DNA of 64,000 bases, taken from assembly GCA_964035545.1 (NCBI GenBank), contig OZ037772.1, forward strand, positions 11,096,818 to 11,160,817, written 5' to 3'. Below the pieces are notes generated by a model that did not search any database, had not been told where the DNA came from, and saw nothing but the letters and a program-made list of their open reading frames with translations. Positions 1-11,400 of this stretch are shown piece after piece. Both the position numbers and the translations under genes were made by a program. Every line of letters begins with the position of its first letter. Position 1 is the first letter of the stretch. This DNA is from Bugula neritina. Taxonomy: Eukaryota > Animalia > Bryozoa.

Positions 1-477
1 AATATATTTTGTAAATGCTGCTATGAATTATAGCATATATATGCTGTGAATTTTGGTGTAAATTATAGTATATATTGTGACTATAAACTCTACTATATAT
101 TGTAAATGTTGTTGTAATACAAGATGCCCAACTTGAGGTCATGTGTAATTTCGAAGGCCTTGTTTTCTGGTTTCCGGAATATTTTCCAACTTCCCATCTT
201 TGTGTGTTGACTTTATCTTGTTGGTCTGTTAAGGGTATGACTAACCATTTATAAAGATTTCTGCATTGGCACTTTTTACAAACTTTTTTACAGGTTCAAA
301 ATTATTTCACAATCTAAGAAAGGAATGAGCCATTTGTTCTTACATGATTTTACCTCATTGTTTAAACACGTACGCGCTCACACACACAGTTGCTCAGACA
401 ATACATGTACGTGAATTTAATATTCAGAGTTGTCACTTTGACGATTTAGCACATGTTCTTATATTCTCCTTCTGCAG

Positions 478-2865
478 TCTCTGATAGAGCCTCCCTACCC
501 ATCTATACAGACTAAGTATCTGAGAACTCAGTCTATGCCCGGTGCACTTGACGAGCCGTCTGACAGACCCCCCAGTCATTACAATGCACATCCCCTGCAG
601 GTCCTCGGTCTACCTTCACATCCCACAGACAAGATGGCGCATTCACAGTCAGTTCATCTCAACTTTAGCCTGTGTACCATGTTATTCCTCTTAGAGTTTC
701 TAGTACCTCTACTATACTTTATATTATAATATATAATGCTAGTTGTGAATTGTATGCCTTACACTGGATATAAGCAATATCTGCAAGTGGTGGAGTAACC
801 CCCTAACTTTCTAGAGCACTCCTAGGGTCAACACTACTTTGAGCTAAAATAGTGAAAGCAAAGTGTTGAAATGTAATTAATTAGCCGAAATGATGGTTGA
901 AACATCAGTGAAAATATTTAATAATTTTATTCTGTGTTGTCAGTTTTACCACAAGATATTTTGGACAAACACTAAGCTTTCACTTCCTGTTGAAAGTATT
1001 TTCAAAGCCTGGCTATAAATATATGCAGTCTTGTTTACAGTTTGACTTTTAAGATATAATATCATCACCATGGTGATATGTAAATTTAGCCAACATTTCT
1101 ATTGTCTTCGTATATAGACACAAGTTGCAGGCTAAATTAGTACTTATGAAGCAGAACTAGTGGTAGGTTTACATGATGAGCTCTGAATCTTATACTGCTG
1201 CTGCCGCTGTTGTAGCGAGAAGTATGGCGCTCCTGGCAGCGGCTCTCAACCGGTCTCCCCGTTACACACCACCAGCCGGGCCGCTCCCGCCTCTCACCAG
1301 AACCAGTTCTATCAAACCTTTCCCTACAGCTCTGATTGGACAACTTCATCTCACCGTATGCCAGGTGCAGTCATGCGTGACAATATGTTTTTTCACCTAT
1401 TCCACTTTGTCCTGTTTAGGCAGCAATATGTTATATCTCAGGATAATTTAACTTACCTCATGTACTCAAGTGTATGTCACAGTGATTGAGTTTCCATCAC
1501 ATTTGTGGATTTCACCCACTTGAATCTGCTGTAACCATTTACTACTATGATCACATCATCCACTGTCTTCCAACTCTATCTTCTTCTCTACAAGCTTGAA
1601 TGTTCTATTTTCTTCCATAGACGACCAGTTGGCCTACTCTAAGGGTGAGATGAACTCATATCTGAACACGCCGAGTCAGGCAGCGCAATCACCGTACGTC
1701 CAGCAATCTCACTACTCATTAGACTCTCAGCTGCTGCATATGGCACCTGGCAGGCCGAGTGTACCGACATCATGGTCCGGCACCCCATCGTCTAGTCATG
1801 CCAGCCTGCTGCAAGCACAGCTTGCTCTGCAGAGTCAGCCCAGGCAGCAGACGCAGCTGACTTCACACGGCAGCGGGTCGGGCAGCGGGTTCTCCATGCA
1901 AGATCAGCGAGTCATGTCTCCCAACTTCTCGCCTGGTCTGCAGACGTCAACAGCTGGTGGTTTTCCCAACTCTTATGGCTCAAGAAACAGAGTTTACGAG
2001 ACTTCCTCGGCTGTACCTAGCCCTTCTGGAAGTACGTCTGAAACCAACCGGAGAAAGAATACAGAGAAAGCTCTGAAGTGAGTTTAAGTGTTGAAATCAT
2101 CTTGTCTTATCGAGATTATAATATGTAGAGTTTCGCAATGAACTTGTTTCTGGTGTTTTCAACAATCTCCCATCAACGCTAATGGTGCCGTTTTCATAAT
2201 AAACCGAGACAGTTTTGTGTTGACCCCATGCTATCATTTCAACTCTCTGAATAACTGCTACACCTGAATATTATTTATTCATGCATTTTCAGTTTATTGT
2301 TGTTTTTTCATTATAACAGCCGCAATTTGCTTTCATATGCACCGGTATATTTTGTTTTTAGAGCTATGATGCCCTCTACTGTTACTGACTAATTTTACAA
2401 AACCTATTCTCTACATGTACCTATCTATTTCAGAAAATCATCACGCCCACACACCCAAATTACTAAAAAAATTAGGATAAAACATATGAAATCAAGCAAA
2501 ATTAGAAAAAAAAACCTTCAGCTGTATTTGTTAATATTTTATCCGTTTAATGCAAGAAACTATATTCATTAGGTGCTAAACTGTGAAGAATAGCTAAAAT
2601 CTAGAGATATAGTGTAAATTAAGTAAAATAACCCATGTGATCAAACTCAAAATGTTATGTCTTCAAGGAGTCAACTTGCATATATAAGTAGTGGTGTAAT
2701 TTTCTGCTTGTATTCTCTGTCTCTATCTGTAGAGACTGCGGGCTGTATGATGCCGTGGTACTCACCAAGAAGCTGATCAACCAGGAGCAGGAGATTCAGA
2801 AACAGATGGCCGAGTTTAGACAGCAGGTGACTGAGTTTATGGGACAGTTGAAGGTGACTCAGTAG
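478..2865 (+). CDS. 3' part of a CLOCK-interacting pacemaker (CIPC)-like protein; 5' exons lie left of the window
   Basis: Phase-consistent GT-AG exons 478-647, 1216-1364, 1621-2077, 2733-2865 (TAG). Long S/P/Q-rich region, then RRKNTEKALKDCGLYDAVVLTKKLINQEQEIQKQMAEFRQQVTEFM, resembling the CIPC C-terminal coiled coil (recalled as [30 protein letters not shown]). Exon structure is more certain than the family call. Confidence 0.65.
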
Positions 2866-3105
2866 ATGTACTACTAGACAGTCGAAATACTACTGGATAG
2901 GTGGAAGTGGTGCAGTAGAAGTGTTACTACTCGAAAGGTGGGAGTGACTTGGTAAAAGTATTACTGGAAAGGAGGTTATGGCTCACTAGAAGTACTACTA
3001 GGAGGGTCAAAATGATTCAGAGAATGTATTAATTACTAAAAGGTGAAGGACATGTATTAGATGTATTGCTAGAAAGGTGAAGGACCCTTAGAAAGTGTAC
3101 CACTA
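2828..3105 (+). repeat. Degenerate ~33-35 bp tandem repeat overlapping the CIPC-like stop codon and 3' UTR
   Basis: Recurring units like GTGACTCAGTAGA(A/T)GTACTACTAGAAAGGTG(A/G)A; the first unit includes the last codons and TAG. Confidence 0.55.
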
Positions 3106-4054
3106 AAATTATGTTAAGTTATATTCCTAAGGGATGTATGTAAACATTGTTTTATAATGAGTTATTGAATTATGTGGTATTCTACAAGTATTGTATATAA
3201 ACATTTTCAATTATATAGTGCATTGCTGAATTAATGTGATATTCTACGAAAATTTGATTTCTTTTGTAAAAAGACAAAAGTAAAATTGGTAAAATGTTTC
3301 CTGTCATGATACATCTAAAATATAATAGAGTTATCCACTCTTTTATATTTTAGTGTTTTCAGAAAAAGACGCAGGAGAAATTATTGCTCTGCTATCAATA
3401 TCTCACCTGTATGTATTGTAGCTGTGGTTTTTCATTTAACTAATACAAAAATAAACACATGCAACTATGATTGGTGAATGATGAAAATGCCCATGAAACT
3501 GCTGGTTATAGCAGTACTCAATACAAACATATATGATAAAAATTCAAACTATTATTATTTTCATCAAGCCTAAGAACTGGGCCACTAGTACTTCTATTAG
3601 TTGGCTACAGATAAAGCGGTCCCGCTGTAACCTTTCTGCTGTTTAGGCTAGATTTAATAGTTACAGTCTATGATATTAAGTAGTTATTACAATAGAATTC
3701 CTAGTTCGGCTCTAAAGTGGGATATCAACTCTGAACTTTGTCTTGAAGTCAGTAGAGCTAGTTCAGGAGCTATATGACACAGCTATCTTCCATTGGCATT
3801 CTTTATTTCATAAAAAATAAAAATACTGCATTGCATTATTTTGATAATAAAGAGTTATCCTCTCAATTGACTTGTGTAAATTTTAGTTACAATTAATTGT
3901 CGACTCTGGTGGCAATTAAATACTATAGTTTATAGTTTAAGTGAGAACTTATATCTTGATATCTGAAATCATATTTTTAAAGCTACTTAACATTAGACTT
4001 TAGTAACACTTATTATTCCAGTTGTATGATTTCTGCTGACTTAGTTTTCGATTT

Positions 4055-4105
4055 GTGCCGGAAGTTTATTTTACGAGCGGACTGCTGAAGAAAGTCACGT
4101 GGCTC
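4055..4105 (+). promoter_or_regulatory. Probable CDA promoter with ETS site and E-box
   Basis: CpG-containing patch in AT-rich DNA: CCGGAAGT 4058-4065 and GTCACGTG 4094-4101, about 1.1 kb upstream of the CDA ATG. Confidence 0.45.
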
Positions 4106-4129
4106 TCCACATTCACATTGATTGAGTTT

Positions 4130-4670
4130 AAAATGGGAATCAACATGAACACCGATTCAGAACATCAACATGACAATGACACTGAAATTTTTATATCTTT
4201 CGAAAGAGTTTATGCCTTAACCACTTTATTAACTTTTTATGTTGACTATAGAATGCACTGCATTTTCATTTGCAAGCGCAATAGTTATTAGTTAAGAGTA
4301 AGATTCAGATTGAAAGAATGGCATGCGCACCGATACTCATAGTCATACTCATAGTGATACTGATAGTGAATAAATATCATGAAATTGAATGTGATGGTGG
4401 TACTCATGCTCATAGTCACCCTGATGTTGATAGTCATACTCATAGTGATAATCATGATACTGATAGTTCTAAGTCTTCAAGTTCAATTTTTATTTTAGCT
4501 TTTAACTTTAAGTGATACTCATACTGATACTCATACTGTCACTGATAGTGATAGCATTAGTAATACTAATACACTTACAGTAAATGTAATAGTCAAACTC
4601 AATGTAATAGTGTATACTAAAAGTAAAACTAAATGAATGAAAGTAAAGAAATAAAAATAAAACTGTAAAG
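4130..4670. repeat. Cryptic 6-bp-periodic 'walking hexamer' tract
   Basis: From 4332: gatact catagt catact catagt gatact gatagt; later tgatag tcatac tcatag tgataa, then aaagta aaacta. Neighbouring units are similar but the consensus drifts. Confidence 0.6.
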
Positions 4671-5222
4671 TTGGACAATAATTTTAAATATTGAGCTTAT
4701 GTTAATGTTATTACTATTACTATAAGTATAAAAATTACTGTTTGTATAGATATTAATTCATCATAGTGATATAAATGATTATTCCTATATGATATATTCA
4801 TATTGACTTACAATCAGACTCATTCTTATCAGTTATCTAGCTCAAGTTTTGCGCTGGGTTTCATCAGTCTGAGTCTGAAATTTCTTGTTAAACCAGTTAG
4901 TTACTCTACATACCTGACTCAATAAGTAGTGACCTGTTCAGTACAAGTTGGCCCTATACCTGGTATCCATATTCATAGTGAGAGTTATAGTCAGCATCAC
5001 TAATGACTTCAAAACTGTTATAATGATTTTAATATTATTGATGCAAATGTAACAGCTATGGTGTTTTGTTTTTTCCTTCAAGTATACCTATTTAAATATC
5101 ACTATTGTTGTGAGTAATTATTTCTAGTTTACTTTCAGTTCAATCTGAAGCTTTTCTTACCTGAGACACTAGCTGTACCCTGACAGTGTTACCACAAGAA
5201 CTCAACGCTTAGGCGGCAAAAT

Positions 5223-7111
5223 ATGGAATCCGCCAGTTCAAAAAAGAACAAAAAGCTCACAGGTATAACTGTAACACCTCTGCTCTGAGGCATAAGGGGC
5301 TAAAGTCAACTCTTGGAGTTAATAGATCAGTGTGTGCCGTATACCTGTGTTTTGGTTTGAAAACTTCTCTGCTGATTTATACTTCTTGCTGGCATAGGTT
5401 TATGGGCCATAAATTAATTGGAGAACTGGTGAATGCGTGTAATAAAGTGTTTTAGGGATGAAAAGCAGATAGCATATCCATGATCTATCTCCGCCTGTTT
5501 TGTTGTTTGTTTCATACTTGTGACATTAATGATTTAAGCTTCATCAAGTGTTTCAAACCTTAAAACTGAAGCAACTGTCGAGAATCTTGTAATTTTTTGC
5601 TATTTTTAAAGTAGTTATTTGTTACAGTTGAACTTTTCTAATTTAAAAGTTTATTTTGAATGCTTTCCAGTTTTGTAAAAACAATTACATCAAGTAGCCT
5701 GGGTGAGTATACAACAGATACAGCGTACTGGTGGGTACCATTTGCAGTGAGAATTGAACTAAACATGTTATTATCTCAATAGTAGGTATTATTTTTGCAA
5801 TATTCTATTATCCGTGAGTTACTATTTAATTCCTGTGATACTCCGTAGATCATGTGATGAATACTCTAGATATCTTACAGACGATCAACTGAAAGAGCTG
5901 ATTGACAAAGCTATGGGTATGAGAGAGAAGGCCTACTGTCCCTACAGCAAGTTTAGAGTTGGTGCAGCTCTTCTTACCCATAACAATCGCTTCTACACAG
6001 GTGAAGGGTTGTTATGAAGTACACTTGTAGCAGCCTTGTGGTATGAGTTGTAGTTGGTAAGGGTGTAATTAGTAAGGGGGTGTAGTTAGTAAAAGGATGT
6101 TGTTAGTAGGGGGTGTGGTTAGTAGGGGGTGTAGTTAGTAAGGGGTGTAGTTAGTAGGGGGTGTAGTCAGTAGGGGGCGTAATTAGTAAGGGGTGTAGTT
6201 AGTATGGGCTGTAGTTAGTAAGGGGTGTAGTTAGTAGAGGTGTAGTTGTTTGCATTAGGTTGGGGGATTAGTTTAGTCATTTTCTTCAGACCTTGATCAC
6301 TCACTGTGTATAAAGACTTGATTCAAAAGAGTTGGTTAAGTATGACGATGAAATGAAATTCCTTTACTCCAGGCTGCAACGTGGAGAATGCCTCTTACGG
6401 ACTGACTGTGTGTGCGGAGAGAGTTGCTATATACAACGCTGTTGCCGGGGGAGACACTGGAATCTCTGCTATGGCTGTGTGCTGGTGTGTACCTCTACAA
6501 TGTCATACTTAGCTTGATCATGATATAGCTCTGCAATGTCATACCTTGGTGTACCTTCACAATGTCATACCCAGCATACTCATGGTGCATCTCTGCAATG
6601 TAATGCCTATGGTGTATCTCTGCAATGTTACACTTAGCATACTCATGTACTCTGCTCACGCTGTGTTGTCTGGAATATTTCAGTGATATCAAAGGGAAGT
6701 TCCAAGGACCATGTGGAGCCTGTAGACAGGTCCTGGTGGAGGTAAGTATCTTGGCTTATTCTGCTGAATAATTTGCCCTTTTATTTATTTCAAAGGGCTT
6801 CAAAGCTGGAAAGTAGGTTGTTAGTTTTCATGTGGAATACAGATCTGTTAATGGCAATGTTTATGTCCAAACATCTATAATACATCTAAACTGTTGTAAC
6901 CTTTCATGGAGAATACATAGCGTATGTATAGATATGACAATGTTTAGTCTCCAAATCTGTAACACGTCTAGAGTTTTACCTCTGCTTGCAGTTTGGGGAG
7001 GACATGACATTCATCTGTGTAAAGCCAGACGGCACTTACCAGGAAATGGTGGTGAGAGATCTGATGCCGATGGCCTTCACCCCCTCGTCCTTAGCTGAAG
7101 CAGCTGACTGA
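5223..7111 (+). CDS. CDA: Cytidine deaminase (homotetrameric, Zn-dependent)
   Basis: Exons 5223-5262, 5881-6000, 6373-6484, 6684-6741, 6992-7111. Motifs AYCPYSKFRVGAALL, GCNVENASYGLTVCAER and GPCGACRQVLVEFG; AATAAA at 7150. Confidence 0.96.
6050..6248. repeat. G-rich ~17-bp minisatellite in CDA intron 2
   Basis: About 11 units of (A/G)GGGGTGTAGTTAGTA. Confidence 0.85.
6485..6656. repeat. Degenerate tandem repeat filling CDA intron 3
   Basis: Recurring GGTGTA(C/T)CTCTGCAATGTCATAC(T/C)TAGC units starting at the donor site. Confidence 0.7.
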
Positions 7112-8495
7112 CAGGCCAACTGCTGACTTTCATAAAGAGACTCGCTGCCAATAAAGTTCATCAAAGCTGCCAACTCCTCTCCTCTGTTCTGTTAGGATGT
7201 TACTTTCTATGCTGCATCAAGCACTTTTGTGAAGCAGAATTACAGCTATGGTTTCAAACACCTATTCTGGTAAAATATTATGTTTTAATTTCCACATGTA
7301 AAACATTTATCTATGCGCGATGCCAGTAAATGAATCTCCAGCATACATTGAAACTAAGTTGTCTGTCACAATCTTACTAGAGATGTCTTATGGAATGCAA
7401 CAATTCACTTATTTACTGGAGTTGATTCGGACTTACAGTTCCACATGATTTCATGAACACTTATTCAAAGTTTATATATGTTAGCAGTTACTCGTTTGTT
7501 GAAATAAAAGCAAATATCACCTAAATATATCTCAGTATTATCCAGTTGTCAATTATCTTATTTCATGTACAGTGCAAGGTGTGTGGTGCTTCTTTTTACC
7601 CTTTCATGATACTCGATTTTATATTTGTTATTGGCTTTTGCTAGTCCAAATTTAGAAAATGTGTTTTTGAACTGTATTTTTCAGAATTAGTCTCAGTTTT
7701 TATATATTTATTGTTACTTGCGTATAATAAATTTTGCAACAAATAAAGTAGTATTATATATTACTGTCCTAGTTTCTATATAAAATATGCTACTACAGAT
7801 TAGCACTATACTAAATACCAGAATGGCAGCAGAAACAGTGGTATAACAGCACTAATAACACCCTAACAGTGCCAAAATAGCACCATTATTCACACAAAGA
7901 ACCTTGTGTATTGTATACATAGTTATTAGAAGAAATTGTGCGTTACTTTGCTTATTAAGTGAGAAAACCCCAAACTATTTGAAGCTTTGCTAAGAAAATT
8001 CAGTAAAGTTTTATACAGCAAATAATGAGAGACAAACTATTGGAAAGGTTAAATATATACTGAAGATGCAAGACGGAGCACAGTAATCTCTGCTGTATGT
8101 ATTCTTGGGAAATATGTAAGTCGCCACGAAATCTACAGCTCACTTCAGTTGTGTAAAACCTGCTTTCTATCATTAATTCATGATCATGCTTGGTGCCCTT
8201 TAGCTTTGTGTAACTCGTCTGTTTTAAACGTCAATTGCTTGCAGAAACATTTTATAGCACATGATCTGAGGGAATGTATTGTTGCTGCAGAAGGATATTT
8301 AATACATATAAGATATTTCACAGCTCAGCTTAAAGATAAAGGCCTGCAAAAATATTATTCTACTACATGAATTTTTTTGAAAATGTGTAAAAATACAATA
8401 TAATATATATAATAAACCGCAAATAAAATAAAATGTTATGATATTATTATTAATACATAGAACAGCAGTATATAACTAAGTTTTTTACATCTAGA

Positions 8496-11400
8496 CTAAG
8501 AGTATTTTGTATAGGGTGGTAGGGGCCGGTTAGTTGGTGGCCCATAGTCATAATATTGTGGAGTAGGAGCAGAGGGTTCAGTCTACAACAAAACATGACG
8601 TTAGTTAGTTCAGTAAATTGTAGGCTTTAAAAGTTTAAAAAAAAAGTTTCTGGTTTGAAGCATGAAGCTTTTTCTCCTTTACAAGCACTAACAAGCTTAG
8701 TAGGTAGCCAGCTAGAAGCTTTATGAAATGATAGAGTTTCCATATTCAAGTGTATAGACCAAGTTTCAATGTCAGATAACTTGTGACAAGGTGCATAACA
8801 AACAATTGACTGCAGCTTGGTTTAGCTTAGACTAAAAGAGATAAAATATTTGTTTAACTCTGCTCTACATTTTACAAGCACCTTTCTTCAGTAAAAATTG
8901 ATGCCATTCTACATTCTAATCTGACGCTATGATACTTCAAGGAGCTTGCTACCAATACTATTGCTGCCAAAAATAGAGACTAAAACGCTGCCAATTATAT
9001 ATTCAAGGTACAGCAAACATATATTTACATATCACTTTGCTAATTGTTCATGTCCCAAACTTACTCTGTTATCAAGAACCCTATGGAAGTTGCTTTCATC
9101 TTCATAAGCTGGCCCAGTGTAACCTCCATGGGCTACTCTCCTCACCCACATTGCCTCAGCTTCTTTCATACTTTTCCTCTTCAAGTATATCACCAGGGCC
9201 ACGAGTAGGCCAATCAGAACTGTGCAACGAAAACCGCACAAGTAACCTCTTAATGCTTGTCATTGCAAAACTTTAATACAGCAGCTTTCTAAATTTCACA
9301 ATTTAATTAAAAAAAAATTTTTTGAAGTTTTCTTGTTTAGGGAAATATTATAGTAAAATTGACTTGCAGGTAAATTTCACCACTATTCTATAATGCACCT
9401 GAGTTGGAAATATTTTATTTCTCAAGCTAGGTCGAAATTTAGAAATAATTACTAGAGTGCATTGTTGATATTAGTATATGCTATTAAATCATGCATGATA
9501 TTGTTATGTATTATTATATTATGCATATAGTTACATATTATTATGTCATATATATTATTGCATTCAGCACATACTTGCTGGAATTGTCAGCCCAACAGCG
9601 AGTCCAATGATTAGTGGATCCTCTGGTTTGGGAGTTGCCCTTTCTTTATGAGCAGTATTTTGAGCTCTGAAATCAAATTGATAAGGCTAACAATAATAAG
9701 TATGTATAGTTAGAATAATTCATTGAATAATCTTGGTAATTGCATAATTTTTATTAAAGCCTGTATTTCCTCAATTCCCTCTTCTCGCACCTATAAGTCT
9801 ACATGGCACAATTTTAGAAAAGCCATTGTTTCATTACAACATTAAAACTGAATCTAGCATGAGTTTCAAGTTGTTAAGCAAAGGGACTCTACCACAACCT
9901 ATCGCACTATCCTCACGTACCCTGTGCACTGCACTACACAGTGATGAGTTAGTCACTTTGTATGCCGGTACACAATTACCTGGTGGTGGAAGTAGTCATT
10001 TTGTTAGACTTAGTTCTAGTAGCCACACGAACTGTAGATGGGGGACTGGTATTTATAGACTGAGATGTCACAGCCGTAGTCCTAGAACTAGTTGTGCTAG
10101 TTGTAGTCAAGTCTGTAAAAAGCAGAAAATATGCGAATATGTATTTAGATATCTGAATGCATACTTTATGTATTATTAAATATACATTTCGTTTTGGCAT
10201 TAGACTATATCAGTGCAAAAAAGTTATAAGTCTTGGTAAATTCAAACTATGGTAATGGGGACTGCTTAAGTTTTTTATTAGTAAGTTTTTAAAAAATAAA
10301 TATCAACAAAAATGAGTTGTATGACAATCATTTATCAAGTTAATATAAAATTAAACTTAAACTTGAACTTAAATTTACAAGTTTTGTTGGTTACAATGTG
10401 TTGAGGAGAACTTTAAGTGGTTATAACAACTTCACTAAGGCTTTTATTTAGTAGAAGTTCAATTCTCACAAGTTTGGAAATTATTCACCCAATTATGCCA
10501 AAGTAGCGCTATAACATCAAACTGTGAGTTGTCTTACCTTTTACACTGTAAGTAAGCTCTCGTACCAATTCCGTCACATGCTCAGTTACGTACACGTGAC
10601 TATCATCAATCACGCTGATACCATGAGGAGAGTTTGCCTCGCAGGTGAAAGCCGTCCCATCCTTAGATTCGTAAGGAACTCTGAGTCTACCGGTACATAT
10701 TTGACCTACGCCCCCATTTACCAGGTCTATCACCAATAGTCTATTTCCTGTAATGTAGAACTGATCTCGTCACAAACAAATATTTTTAGCAGAACTCAAA
10801 TTTCTTTTAAAATGTTTGTGGTTCAACAATTGCAAAGAACAGAAAATTGTTTCAAAAAGCAATTTAAGCCTAAAACAAAAAACTTAATAATTATGTAAAT
10901 TTATTTTTTATATATTACTGTAAAAATTTTAATTAAAATACATTATTGCTATTTGGTATGACTGAACCCATCAAATTTATTTATACTTACTCCCTATAAT
11001 AACTGTCTGGTGATATCATTTTATTAAAACCCTAGCACATATATAACAATCTATTTGTTGTTCACAGGATGACTGAGGGTGTTTTAATATGGCTGCCGCC
11101 AGATCAAGTTGAATGATAAATCACCACCTGCTATTGAAACACAAGTGTGTAGATAACCCTTGAAAATATATTTTAGTTTTCAACACAGCCCTAATCAAAG
11201 TATGTTTCCTTACAAGATAAAAATGATTGAATTGCTGTTAATAAACTAAAAACTTAAACTCTAGCATAAAAAATGGGGTGATTGCTGTATGTATGAAGTA
11301 TCAAAACCCCCTAATGTACAACATAGACGTACCTCTAAAGTCTGTAGCTATAATCTTTGTGTCATTGTTGACTAGAGTGAAGTCTAGAATACTGTTAGAG

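Noticed and set aside
1173-1451. 92-aa ORF MMSSESY..
   Set aside because: Wrong frame; splice phases support exon 1216-1364 in a different frame.
4055-4515. Short ORFs including a His/Asp/Ser-rich peptide
   Set aside because: They arise from the hexamer periodicity, with no splice or homology support.
10991-11130. Exon-like segment with a GTAAGT donor inside the NHL gene
   Set aside because: Stop codon in the required frame, and the flanking exons join cleanly without it; a poison exon cannot be excluded.
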